DNA of 64,000 nt from Pseudomonadota bacterium (GCA_040386195.1 JAZKFV010000022.1:2974-66973), one strand, 5' to 3'. Counted from the stretch's first letter, positions 1-9,809 are shown. Program-made: numbers and translations. The notes: generated by a model not told the origin, from the letters alone.

Positions 1-218
1 AAAGACAGCAATTTTTATTAATGATAAAAAGCATTGCCGAATTCATTACGATTCAAGAGAGAATTAATAAATGTCGTGATAAAAAAGATAATCAATTCTT
101 GGAAGTGGCAGTTAGTGGAAATGCTAATCTTATTATCACTGGGGATAAAGATTTATTGGTTCTAAACCCTTTTAGAAATATTAATATATTATCACCAGCT
201 GATTTTTATCAGCTCTGA
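1..218 (+). CDS. PIN-domain toxin-like protein, C-terminal part (ORF open to the left window edge)
   Basis: The frame of ORF 21..218 has no stop back to nt 3. The C-terminus CRDKKDNQFLEVAVSGNANLIITGDKDLLVL resembles the FLE-x-A ... TGDKDLL acidic core of PIN-family type II toxins. Confidence 0.55.
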   Translation, partial: RQQFLLMIKSIAEFITIQERINKCRDKKDNQFLEVAVSGNANLIITGDKDLLVLNPFRNINILSPADFYQL

Positions 219-349
219 ATTTTCTTGATCCTTAAAAAATATTTGCAGCGATGGTTGGCTCTATTGAAAAAATCAATTTCCATATTAGGAAGGTTTGTGG
301 CATTTTTGTGAAATTTCTTTAGTTGTTATTTTTTAAAGTTAGTTGGTAT

Positions 350-1723
350 ATGAGACCTTTAAGTTCAGTAGCCTTAACCTCAGTAAGAGCGTTGGGTAGA
401 TATGTTAAATCGTTTGTTCCAGAAAATATTTCAGGAACATCAAGAGTTCCGCATAGCAGAGTATTCAAATATTCACCAAAAAATATTGATAAACTAATTT
501 GTGATAATGTTATTGGAAAAAATACAAGCCTGAGCCCACAAACCATATCCAATAGCAAGCCAAGTGAATTATCTGGTCATCCAATTGGATTTGGTAGATC
601 ACGGGAAGCGACAATTTTGAGCCCAGAAGATGCGGAGCAGTTCTCAACTGTTTTGTCACCAGGGCTTGGATGGGGAAGTTCTGCCAAATCTATTTATGAA
701 TCTTATTTTCCAGTTTCTCAACTAATCGATAACAAAGATTTGCTTGTTTATAGTCCACTTACAGATGCAGACAGGAGAGAAGGAAGATTTAAAAAGGGAT
801 TAATGTATTACTATGATGAGTCTTACATCAATGAAGAAGAGTCGGAAAATTTCTTTAATAAAATTCTAAAAAATAGATTTTTTGATAAGGATGGTAAATT
901 AAAAAATCCAGGAAATGTAAGTAATCTAATGCTATTTGGTTTTAGCATTGGGCATCGGGAGAATATATCTCATATGAATTATCTCCATGAGAGAATCGCG
1001 GAGGCTTTAGTACGGGAAGGTAAATCACCAGATTTGGTTCAAGAATATTTTACCAAGATAGCTCTCATTAATATTGCCAGCCCAGTAAATTGGGAGGGAT
1101 TAAGGTTGCCAAAAGAAATGTTATCTGAATTGGAAAGTGGCTCAATATCAATGCAAGATGCGGAAGAAGCGGTTAAGGAATATATGAGTCAAAATAAGTC
1201 GCCTAAGTCTAAAGTGATGAAATTACCGGAGTTAAAAATTATAAATTACCGATCTTTTACTGATGTTGGAACTCTTAAGCTTGAATCGGATTTTAATAAT
1301 TTTAATTGCAATAGAAGGTTTGCTGCGCCAAAGATATTCAAGTTTTTAAGACCGGATCGAGAATCGGAAGTTTTATATGTGATGGGCAAGAGTTTGGTTC
1401 CAGATGTATTTTTTGATGATGGGGCAATAAAAGATGATTCTTTGGGTCATAACCTAAGTAATTACGCTAGGGCAATATTTGATAATTCAGAAACTATGTT
1501 TCCGATCCTTGTTCTGCGATCGACAGAGCATTGGCACCAAATTCAAGATGTGCAACAAAGTGGTGTTATAGAAATTGCTTATAATCCAAATAGGGCGCCA
1601 TCTGATCTTGATCGTGCTGAAGTAAGACAGATTTTCCAAGAGACTTTATTTGCAAGAAATGCAATGATAAATGCATTGAGTTATGTACAAGATTTGGAAG
1701 ATGGTAATGAGCCGCGGCGATAG
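350..1723 (+). CDS. hypothetical protein, possible serine-hydrolase-like effector
   Basis: Long ORF (track 323..1723 from TTG; first ATG at 350). No family recognised. It contains a GxSxG-type motif (LMLFGFSIGHRE). No obvious signal peptide. Confidence 0.5.
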   Translation: MRPLSSVALTSVRALGRYVKSFVPENISGTSRVPHSRVFKYSPKNIDKLICDNVIGKNTSLSPQTISNSKPSELSGHPIGFGRSREATILSPEDAEQFSTVLSPGLGWGSSAKSIYESYFPVSQLIDNKDLLVYSPLTDADRREGRFKKGLMYYYDESYINEEESENFFNKILKNRFFDKDGKLKNPGNVSNLMLFGFSIGHRENISHMNYLHERIAEALVREGKSPDLVQEYFTKIALINIASPVNWEGLRLPKEMLSELESGSISMQDAEEAVKEYMSQNKSPKSKVMKLPELKIINYRSFTDVGTLKLESDFNNFNCNRRFAAPKIFKFLRPDRESEVLYVMGKSLVPDVFFDDGAIKDDSLGHNLSNYARAIFDNSETMFPILVLRSTEHWHQIQDVQQSGVIEIAYNPNRAPSDLDRAEVRQIFQETLFARNAMINALSYVQDLEDGNEPRR

Positions 1724-1767
1724 GTAAATCAAACTTTTATCCCTATTGAAAATCAACAAATCACTTT

Positions 1768-3221
1768 ATGAAAATAGTAGTTATTGGTGCCGGAGAGATT
1801 GGAAAACATACTTTAATTGCGCTTTCTAAAATATTACCGAAAGACCAAAAAATAAATATAGTTCTGTTGAATAGAGATTTAGTCAAAGCGGGCGCTTCTA
1901 AGAAAGATGTTGAATTTGGAAAGGAAAAGGTTTTTTTTTGCTTGGAGCTAAGAGCGCCAGAACCGATTTAGAATTTAAAGTTAGTTCTGATCACAAAGAT
2001 TTAGAGAGTGCGGATGTAATTATTTTTACTGCCGGAGTAAGTGCAACGAAAATTGGCTCTTCAAATAGAGAGGCTGCATTGCCATTCGTTTACAAAATAA
2101 TTACTGACTATGCTGAGCACATAAAAAGATATGCACCAAAATCATTAGTTTTAATGATTACCAATCCAGTAGATATAACCACATGGATAATGCAAGAAAA
2201 GACGGGATTTCCACCTGAAAAAGTTTTGGGTTTTGGATGTGAGTTGGATTCAAGAAGATTTATGAGAGTTTTGAGGAATGAATTAGATCAAGTTGGAATA
2301 ATTATCAAAACAATAGGTGCTGATGTTATTGGTGGGCATTCCGCGGACGGAATGATTTTTCCAAGGGCAAGCATCAAACTAGATGGAAAAGGTGTATCAG
2401 ATTTTGGAGAGCGAGATAGAGAAATAATTGAGCTGGCAATACAAAAAGCTGAAAGCGAAACCAGAGATTATGGGTTCACAATAATCAAAGATGGTGGTAG
2501 ATCATCTATCGAGCCCGTCATTTTTCTTGCTTACGCTGCTAGATCATATTTATTTGGCTCAGAAAGCTATATGTCCTGTTCACAGGTTTTGCAGACTGGG
2601 AGAAGTTATAATAATATTGATAATTCCTGCGTTAGTGTTCCTGTTCGGATTAATAAAGGAACAGTTGAAATAAGTTCGCAATATTTACTTAGTGCGGAAG
2701 AATTAGGGCTTCTTGGAAGAGTAGCCAAAAATCATCAAACTCTATTTAATCATATAACATCTATGTCAGATGAATTAGCTGAAAAATTTCAGAAAGCCCT
2801 TGAAGAATTAGAAGAGCAAAAAAAACTTTATGAGGTCAAAAAAGAACTTTATGAAGAGCAGGTAAAAAGCAGCAACAAAAAAAATATTGGCAAATCACAA
2901 AGTCCCAGCACATTACAAAGATTACCTAGTGATGATACCAAGGTTTTTATCGAAAATGTTATGGAGTTAGAAGAGGGAGTTGAGCACAGCGTGATTAAAA
3001 TTAAAGTCAAAGATTCAATTGATATTTCAGATGAAAAAAAAATATCAGTTTTAAACGCAACCATGAGCTATTTTAAAAAATCATCTTCTGCAATTAAAGA
3101 TGAGGAATGCAGTATTTCCGAAGATAAAAAATCTTTATTATTGCCAAATAGAAAAGAAGTTAGAGCAATTTTAGAATCTCTTAATCTACTCAAAGAGTCA
3201 TCATTACAATCAAAACTATAA
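1768..3221 (+). pseudogene. lactate/malate dehydrogenase-like gene split by a 1-nt frameshift in a T9 tract, with a non-canonical C-terminal extension
   Basis: ORF 1768..1971 gives the Rossmann N-terminus MKIVVIGAGEIGKH. ORF 1938..3221 continues with ADVIIFTAG, ITNPVD, ELDSRRF and VIGGHS. The two frames swap inside ttttttttt at 1931-1939. Confidence 0.7.
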
Positions 3222-3226
3222 ACAAA

Positions 3227-5482
3227 ATGATAGATATAAAATATCAAATTTCCTTGTCTAAAAAATTTATTTTATACTCATCAACCATTGTTTTTATCGT
3301 CTTTTTTTACCTTTCTTATCTTTTTATCAAAGAAAATTCAGCACAAAATAATCAAGCTATTTTAGATTTGTCGGCGGAAGTATCTTTCGCTGAGAAAATA
3401 TTTGATGACTCAGCTAGATACGCGACTTTGATTTTGAATAGTATGATCAATGACATCAGTAAAGATCCGGAAAATAAAAATCATATCAGTAATGTTTTAA
3501 AATCATTCCATGTTTTGCACGATAGCAAAATGAAGGATATATTATCGATTAGTATGTTTTCTTGGGTGGATAAAAAGGATATTTTGGCGGTTAATAGTGA
3601 GATTGGTGTTTTGAGTAAAAATTTAGATTTATCAAGTCGAGATTATCTACAATTGACAAAAAAAGATCCTAATAAATTATATTTTGGCAAGCCAGTTGCT
3701 GGCGCTGTTAGCACGCAATACATTATTCCAGCCGGCATTGGTTTGATTGATGGCAAAGGTGAATATCAAGGATCAGTCATAATGGGATTTGATATTGATA
3801 GTATTTATCAGAAATTTTTAAAGGGCAAAATTCTGATCGGTTCAAATCTTCAAATTATTTATAAAAATGAGTTTGGTGTAATACAGAATTCACCAGACTT
3901 TGGCAAAGAATATTTGGCAAAAATAAATTTAGAAAATCCAAATCCTCAAATCCTGAAACAATCCTCAATATTCGGATCGCCTCTAATATTGGTATATCAA
4001 AGAATTACCAACACCCCATATGGAGTTTTGGTAAGTTTTGAAAATCTTAATCAGCCATCGATTGTTAAAAAAACTTATTTGCTGGAATTTCTCTGCATCT
4101 TATTGTTTTTTATAGTTTTGATTTATTTATTGAAAAAAGATTTCATTAATCCGATTGTTTTATTATCGAAAGAAGCAGAGTCGGTTGGGCTTGGCAGGTT
4201 TGATATTAGAACCCCAAAATCAAATATATTGGAAATCAACCAACTCTCCAAATCCATCCTCTCCATCAAACATTTCGTTAAAACAGAGCAAGATTTAAAA
4301 AACCAGCTGGATATTGCTAACCAAAAACTTCACTCTTTGCTAAAATCAATCTCTCACGATTTGCGTAATTATGTTTCTGGAATTTCGGGTTTGGCGGAAA
4401 TAATTGCTGAGGATAAAAAATTAACCAAAGAAAATGTTCGGCAAGATCAGCAATATGCTCAGATGATTTCTAAACAATCCGTGCAAATACTTTCCTTCGC
4501 CAAAGATGCGCTGAATACTCAAAGTGATCAGCTGGGAATTATTAAATTAGACCAGGATGAGGATTGTGATATTAAGGAGCTGATTGAAGAAATGTTGGTT
4601 TTGAATCAGCAATTTTTAAAGAGCCAGCAAGTGAAAATTACTACTGATTTTCAGAAAGATTTGCCAATTTTAAGATGTGACCAAAGAAGGCTGAGACAGG
4701 TTTTGGACAATTTAATTACCAACGCGGTGAAATATAGCAACAAAGGCGGCGAAGTGAAAATTAGCGGGCAAAAGGTGGAAGATAATCAGGTCAAACAAAT
4801 TCAAATTACCATTCAAGATAATGGCATTGGAATGACTAAAGACGACATCAAAGCAGCTTTGATGGGCGAGGGCAAGAATATTGATAAATCGGATTTGGAT
4901 AAACCAATTGATTCGCACGGAATTGGTATGCAAATTGTGCAGCAAGTTATTAAGGCTATTGGCGCTAAGATGGAAATTGAATCTGAAAAAGGTCAGGGAA
5001 CGATTGTGAAATTGTGGTTTAATATTGATGAGGCAAGTTTGCCTGCAGATCAAAATTTGGTAGAATTGCCAGAATCAATGCCAACCAAGAAAAAACCGTC
5101 AGCATCAAAACCCAAAACCATTCTTATTGTTGACGATGAAGAGGTCAATTTATTGGTACTCGGCAAGGTTTTAACTGATGCTAATTACAAAATAATTAAA
5201 GCTAAAAATGGGCAAGAAGCTTTGGAAATATTGGATGAAAAAAAATGTGATTTAATTTTTATGGATGTCAAAATGCCAAAATTAGACGGGCTGAAAACCA
5301 CCAAAATAATTCGTGAAGGTGGGTTAAAAAACAAAAAATATCAAGCAATTCCAATCATCGCCATTAGCGGCGATGATGACGAGCAAAGTCGTAAGGCAGC
5401 ATTAAAATCGGGAATGAATGAGATTGTTGGCAAGCCTTTTGTGAAAGCGGAAATTTTAAATCTAGTTGCTAAGTTTTTGTGA
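3227..5482 (+). CDS. hybrid sensor histidine kinase/response regulator with periplasmic Cache-like domain
   Basis: Two TM segments (FILYSSTIVFIVFFYLSYLFI; LLEFLCILLFFIVLIYLL) flank a Cache-like region. H-box SISHDLRN. ATPase boxes NLITNAVKYS, DNGIGM, GIGMQIV. C-terminal receiver ILIVDDEE...DLIFMDVKMPKLDG...GKPF. Confidence 0.85.
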   Translation: MIDIKYQISLSKKFILYSSTIVFIVFFYLSYLFIKENSAQNNQAILDLSAEVSFAEKIFDDSARYATLILNSMINDISKDPENKNHISNVLKSFHVLHDSKMKDILSISMFSWVDKKDILAVNSEIGVLSKNLDLSSRDYLQLTKKDPNKLYFGKPVAGAVSTQYIIPAGIGLIDGKGEYQGSVIMGFDIDSIYQKFLKGKILIGSNLQIIYKNEFGVIQNSPDFGKEYLAKINLENPNPQILKQSSIFGSPLILVYQRITNTPYGVLVSFENLNQPSIVKKTYLLEFLCILLFFIVLIYLLKKDFINPIVLLSKEAESVGLGRFDIRTPKSNILEINQLSKSILSIKHFVKTEQDLKNQLDIANQKLHSLLKSISHDLRNYVSGISGLAEIIAEDKKLTKENVRQDQQYAQMISKQSVQILSFAKDALNTQSDQLGIIKLDQDEDCDIKELIEEMLVLNQQFLKSQQVKITTDFQKDLPILRCDQRRLRQVLDNLITNAVKYSNKGGEVKISGQKVEDNQVKQIQITIQDNGIGMTKDDIKAALMGEGKNIDKSDLDKPIDSHGIGMQIVQQVIKAIGAKMEIESEKGQGTIVKLWFNIDEASLPADQNLVELPESMPTKKKPSASKPKTILIVDDEEVNLLVLGKVLTDANYKIIKAKNGQEALEILDEKKCDLIFMDVKMPKLDGLKTTKIIREGGLKNKKYQAIPIIAISGDDDEQSRKAALKSGMNEIVGKPFVKAEILNLVAKFL

Positions 5483-5492
5483 AGATCTGATA

Positions 5493-8400
5493 TTAATATC
5501 TCCCAATTGATGATTGCCTAGTTCCGAGTGTTTGTATTAATCCATCAACGCTCATGCCAAAAGTCAGACAAAAATTTTCATCGAGTGGAATGCCAATCGG
5601 AATCATTAGTTCTTGACTAGTGGAGCCAACCACTGGCGCACCGCAGACAAATTTTTGAGTGCGGTTTCGTGATATTTCCTGAACATAATCGCGACCTTGC
5701 AATGAAGGAATATCATATTCGCGGCGTTTTTCACTATTAATTAAACCATATTTGCCATCGACAACAATATTTCCTTCGCGATCAATAATTGAAAAAACAG
5801 TAAATAATTTTGAATATTTTGGTTCAGCTAAATCGATTCTAATTCTTTGCTGCTGTTCTTCTATAGCCTTTTCAAAAACATCTATTCCTCTGCTTTTAAC
5901 AATCGATTTAGTGGCGCCACCAACGGATTGAACAATTGTTTTGGCGGCTGGTGAAAGTAAATTAGGAGCCAATTTTGGTTCCATTAAATAGAGATTAAGC
6001 ATTGAACCAAGTGCTTGTTGAAAATAAGACGCGGTAGCTTGAGTGCAAATACTTAGACTTCGTGGTTGTAATTGTGAAAAATCACCACGATGAAGCGTCT
6101 CTTCGCTGGCGTAACGTCGGACATAAGAATTCATCGCCGACACCATTTGTCTGCCGCTCACAGTTTCAGTTTCTAGTGAATGGGTGATTTCTTTTTTGAT
6201 TAAAATATTAGCCCTAATATTTTCAATAATTTCTTCGACAACTTTGCGCGCTTGGCTTTCGCTATAAAAAAGTTTTATGCTACCAAAACCAAAGTGACCA
6301 ATTTGACCCGATTTAAAACCATCTGGGCGTTTGTGAAAATTACTCTCAACATCACGAATATTTACTTCGCCATTAGATTTAACTATGCCACCGGCAATGC
6401 TAACCATACGAGATCCAGCCAATATGGGATATGATTCAACTGCGCCTGCTAAAATTCTGCTACCAAAAAATAATTGTTCTTTTTTATTTAAACCATCCAC
6501 CAACCAGCGTTTATAAAGTGGCGGTATAGAAAGTTGACATTCAATATCACGCCATGATTCTGGATCGCTGAGATTAGCTACGGTTATTTCGCCACGTGCA
6601 ATCCATTCTTGCCATATTTCTTTGAGTTGCGGATCAACTGGTTCACCCTTCTTAAATTCTTCAATGACATAATCCAGCGCGTTGGTCACTGGTGCAAAAG
6701 TTATTTTGCCGCGACCATTACCTTCATTAGAAAACATTGAAAATGGCCCCATGCTGGTGAACATTGAAGCGATATTTTCTTTCCCCTCAGGCAGGGCAAT
6801 GCTAACAATAAGCTTCATGCGATTGGTGCGTTCTTCCACGGCAGATTCTGGAAATAATGTGCTATCGAGCATTTCAATGCTAGACCAAGTAGAGTTGATA
6901 ACATATGACGCGGTAAGTTTTTCGCCGCTCTGCATTGTGACAGCAAAATTCTGATTTCTGGTGGTTTGATCATAATCAATTTTAGTAACTTCTTGTCCGG
7001 TTCTAACTTCAATCAAACCTTTTTGCTGATATGATTTTACTTGATCCAATAAATATTGGCTGAAATTTGGCCAGTTGAGTAATTTTTCTTGAGTGCGAAT
7101 TACAGCCGCCATTTTACTGACATCAACGACATCTTGATAATCCTCTAAATCAAGCACGCGGAAAAAATCATCAACTTCACCAAAAATTTTATTACTCGGA
7201 TCAAGCTCAACTAATCTTTTATATTCAGCCCTGATGCCTTCATAAATTTTTAGCAATTCATCGGCCGGCACTTGTGAATCTTTGGCGATGAAATATAAAC
7301 CACAATCAAGTTCAGGATCATCTTTGCTAACACTAATTACAAACTCCGCTTTTCTTTTTTCGTTGTTGCAATATTTTTTCAGAAAAGTAATTGAGCTTTG
7401 TAAATAAAGTTTGGCGGTTTCTAAATCACGATAATGATAACCATGACCAACTCTTGCTGGGGTGCAGCCGCTGGTTTGGGATAATAAATTTTCTCCTTGT
7501 TCAATTAGGGTAGATTTGATTCCCAATTCTGCTAATTTCAGCGCGGTCATAATGCCGGCAATGCCGCCGCCGCTAATTAAAACTGGCTTATGATTGGCAG
7601 AAGCTTGTAATTCAGTTGCTAATTGACCTTGTAATAAAGGTGCGCGAAATTTATGAGGATCAGATTTAAAAGCGATCAGGCGTTTTTTAATCGGAATAAT
7701 TTGTAAAGCATTTGCGGTTGGCACCAGAGATATTTTCGCTCCAGCACTTGGTGCAGAACCTTTATGTTTATTTAACTGATCACCTTCCGAAATACTATCT
7801 CCAAGTAAATGACCACCGGCTGGATCATTTTGTTGAGCAGAAAATAAAGTAATACTCGGATGTTCAACTGGGTCTTCAGCCCAAAGCCCGTTACTGCGTA
7901 AGGCTAAATGTTCTTTCTCAAAACGAGCATCAAACTGAGCTACAAATGGCATATCTTCATCTTGACCCACAGCCTTTTGCAAAATTTTCAGTAACTCCAA
8001 ACGACCAACAATTGGTTGCTCTGGAAGTGCTACTATCAAGGCTTCGTTGTGATTAGCGATTTCGCAAGTCCAACATTTATCATCTAACTTGAGAGGAAAA
8101 ACTCCTTGACCTTTAGTGACGCGAAAAGCTTTTACTCCACCTTCGCAAGGGATGATAAATACTTCACCACCACCAACAAAATTGCTTTTTTCTTCCACAC
8201 CATTTTTTGCTGCTGAACCAATACCAATATTTCCATAGGAAATTATATCTCGTAATGAAACAATCGGAGCTCTGGTTCCTAAATCTTTATCCGCCGCTGT
8301 TCCCCATTGATGAATTATTGAAGGTTCAACAGGATCGATGGGATTTTCTTGGATAAGAATCGGCAGTTTTGCTAGCGTGTCTTTACGAATAATATGTAAG

Positions 8401-8504
8401 TGTAAATAACCAGGAGTGCCATCAATAGTTGATATAGCATCTTCGCCTGTGGCCTTGCCACCATAGATTGCAATGACAGTATATTCGGCTGTAAGATTTG
8501 GCAT
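5493..8504 (-). CDS. 1003-aa multidomain FAD-dependent oxidoreductase (DAO-like) with unknown N-terminal domain and C-terminal Cache-like module
   Basis: Uninterrupted 1003-codon ORF. Dinucleotide fold KPVLISGGGIAGIMTALKLAELGIKSTLIEQG at about residues 306-337. The C-terminal RDYVQEISRNRTQKFVCGAPVVGSTSQELMIPIGIPLD aligns with the Cache segment of the adjacent kinase. No TM or signal peptide seen. Confidence 0.6.
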   Translation of the reverse strand: MPNLTAEYTVIAIYGGKATGEDAISTIDGTPGYLHLHIIRKDTLAKLPILIQENPIDPVEPSIIHQWGTAADKDLGTRAPIVSLRDIISYGNIGIGSAAKNGVEEKSNFVGGGEVFIIPCEGGVKAFRVTKGQGVFPLKLDDKCWTCEIANHNEALIVALPEQPIVGRLELLKILQKAVGQDEDMPFVAQFDARFEKEHLALRSNGLWAEDPVEHPSITLFSAQQNDPAGGHLLGDSISEGDQLNKHKGSAPSAGAKISLVPTANALQIIPIKKRLIAFKSDPHKFRAPLLQGQLATELQASANHKPVLISGGGIAGIMTALKLAELGIKSTLIEQGENLLSQTSGCTPARVGHGYHYRDLETAKLYLQSSITFLKKYCNNEKRKAEFVISVSKDDPELDCGLYFIAKDSQVPADELLKIYEGIRAEYKRLVELDPSNKIFGEVDDFFRVLDLEDYQDVVDVSKMAAVIRTQEKLLNWPNFSQYLLDQVKSYQQKGLIEVRTGQEVTKIDYDQTTRNQNFAVTMQSGEKLTASYVINSTWSSIEMLDSTLFPESAVEERTNRMKLIVSIALPEGKENIASMFTSMGPFSMFSNEGNGRGKITFAPVTNALDYVIEEFKKGEPVDPQLKEIWQEWIARGEITVANLSDPESWRDIECQLSIPPLYKRWLVDGLNKKEQLFFGSRILAGAVESYPILAGSRMVSIAGGIVKSNGEVNIRDVESNFHKRPDGFKSGQIGHFGFGSIKLFYSESQARKVVEEIIENIRANILIKKEITHSLETETVSGRQMVSAMNSYVRRYASEETLHRGDFSQLQPRSLSICTQATASYFQQALGSMLNLYLMEPKLAPNLLSPAAKTIVQSVGGATKSIVKSRGIDVFEKAIEEQQQRIRIDLAEPKYSKLFTVFSIIDREGNIVVDGKYGLINSEKRREYDIPSLQGRDYVQEISRNRTQKFVCGAPVVGSTSQELMIPIGIPLDENFCLTFGMSVDGLIQTLGTRQSSIGRY

Positions 8505-8635
8505 AAATACTTCTGATTTTATTAAATATAAACCATATTAAACTCTTGCGAGTCGATTTTATCCTATTTGTGCAATTATTAATTTCTACTCAATAAATCT
8601 TAAGCTTAGCTAGATACGTAACTCGGACAAAATAA

Positions 8636-8664
8636 TTGACAATTAAAAGCCGCAAATATAACCT
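8636..8664 (+). promoter_or_regulatory. putative sigma70-type promoter for tRNA-Ile
   Basis: Consensus TTGACA at 8636-8641. The -10 candidates are TATAAC (8657-8662, 15-nt spacer) or TAACCT (8659-8664, 17-nt spacer). A GC-rich CGCCGCTTCC stretch lies ahead of the tRNA 5' end at 8685. Confidence 0.35.
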
Positions 8665-8684
8665 ACGCCGCTTCCTCTTTGTGG

Positions 8685-8761
8685 GGGTCTGTAGCTCAGC
8701 TGGTTAGAGTGCGCGCCTGATAAGTGCGAGGTCGGTGGTTCGAGTCCACCCAGACCCACCA
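8685..8761 (+). tRNA. tRNA-Ile (anticodon GAT)
   Basis: Cloverleaf read by eye. Acceptor GGGTCTG/CAGACCC, D-arm GCTC..GAGT, anticodon stem CGCGC/GTGCG with loop CTGATAA, T-arm GGTGG TTCGAGT CCACC, encoded CCA. Confidence 0.95.
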
Positions 8762-8816
8762 TTACATTTCCATTTGAACATCCGTTCAAATTCTCAATTC
8801 CATAAAACTAAACTAT

Positions 8817-9809
8817 ATGAACAAGAAATATAATATTGTTGGTATAGGCAACGCTATCGTCGACAATATTTGTTTGGTCGAGGAAAAATTTCTGGCTGAA
8901 CATAATTTAACCAAAGGCGGAATGTTTCTCATTGACGAAACCAACGCTGCCAAGCTTTCCCATTTAAAACATCAAAAAATCAGCTCGGGCGGATCAGTGG
9001 CTAATTCAATTGCTACTTTGGCAATGCTTGAATCTAAAACTGCTTTGATTGGCAAAGTTGGTAAGGATAAATTTGGCGATATTTTTTTTGATGATCTGAA
9101 AAAAATTGGCTGTGAATTTTTCTGCAAACATAAAGAAAAATCCGGCAGCACCGCCCAATCATTCGTTCTAATCACTCCAGATGGCGAGCGCACAATGTGC
9201 ACTTATTTGGGACTTGCTTCTAAAATTGCTGATGAAATTGATGAAAATATTATTAAAGATGCCGAAGTTTTATATTTGGAAGGCTATTTGTGGGACGAGC
9301 CGGAAACCATCGCCGCCTTGCGCCAGGCCATTGAAATTGCTGTAGATAATGAAGTAAAAATTGCTTTTTCTTTATCCGACGCTTTTTGTGTTGAACGTCA
9401 CCAAAGCGAATTTTTAGAAATTGCTCAGCATTTAGATATTTTATTTGCTAATGAAACTGAAATGAGCGTTTTGGTGGGCAGTGATTTTGCTGCTAATAAT
9501 TATCAAAAAGTTAAAGAAGTAATCACTCACCGCCACCCTAAATTAGTGGTGGCAATGACAATGGGTGAAAAGGGAGCGATGATTTTTAGAAACGATAAAT
9601 CACATCACATTGCCACTCAAAAAGTTGAAAAAGTGATTGACACCACCGGCGCCGGCGATGCTTTTGCCGCTGGATTTTTATATGGAATTGACAATGGGCT
9701 CAGCCTGCAAGAAGCCGCAGCTTTGGGCAATTTATTAGCTGGCGGCGTGATTGTGCAAATTGGGGCGAGGTTGGAGAAGGAGAAATTATTGGAGTTGGTT
9801 GCAAGTTAA
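8817..9809 (+). CDS. PfkB-family carbohydrate kinase, adenosine kinase-like
   Basis: N-terminal VGIGNAIVD, SGGSVANSIATLA, and C-terminal DTTGAGDAFAAGFLYG (PfkB signature 2). Overall resemblance to alphaproteobacterial adenosine kinases. Confidence 0.8.
   Translation: MNKKYNIVGIGNAIVDNICLVEEKFLAEHNLTKGGMFLIDETNAAKLSHLKHQKISSGGSVANSIATLAMLESKTALIGKVGKDKFGDIFFDDLKKIGCEFFCKHKEKSGSTAQSFVLITPDGERTMCTYLGLASKIADEIDENIIKDAEVLYLEGYLWDEPETIAALRQAIEIAVDNEVKIAFSLSDAFCVERHQSEFLEIAQHLDILFANETEMSVLVGSDFAANNYQKVKEVITHRHPKLVVAMTMGEKGAMIFRNDKSHHIATQKVEKVIDTTGAGDAFAAGFLYGIDNGLSLQEAAALGNLLAGGVIVQIGARLEKEKLLELVAS

Noticed and set aside
1768-1971. 67-aa ORF as an independent small gene.
   Set aside because: It is the Rossmann N-terminus of the LDH/MDH-like gene that continues in another frame after the T9 tract. 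It is annotated as one frameshifted unit.
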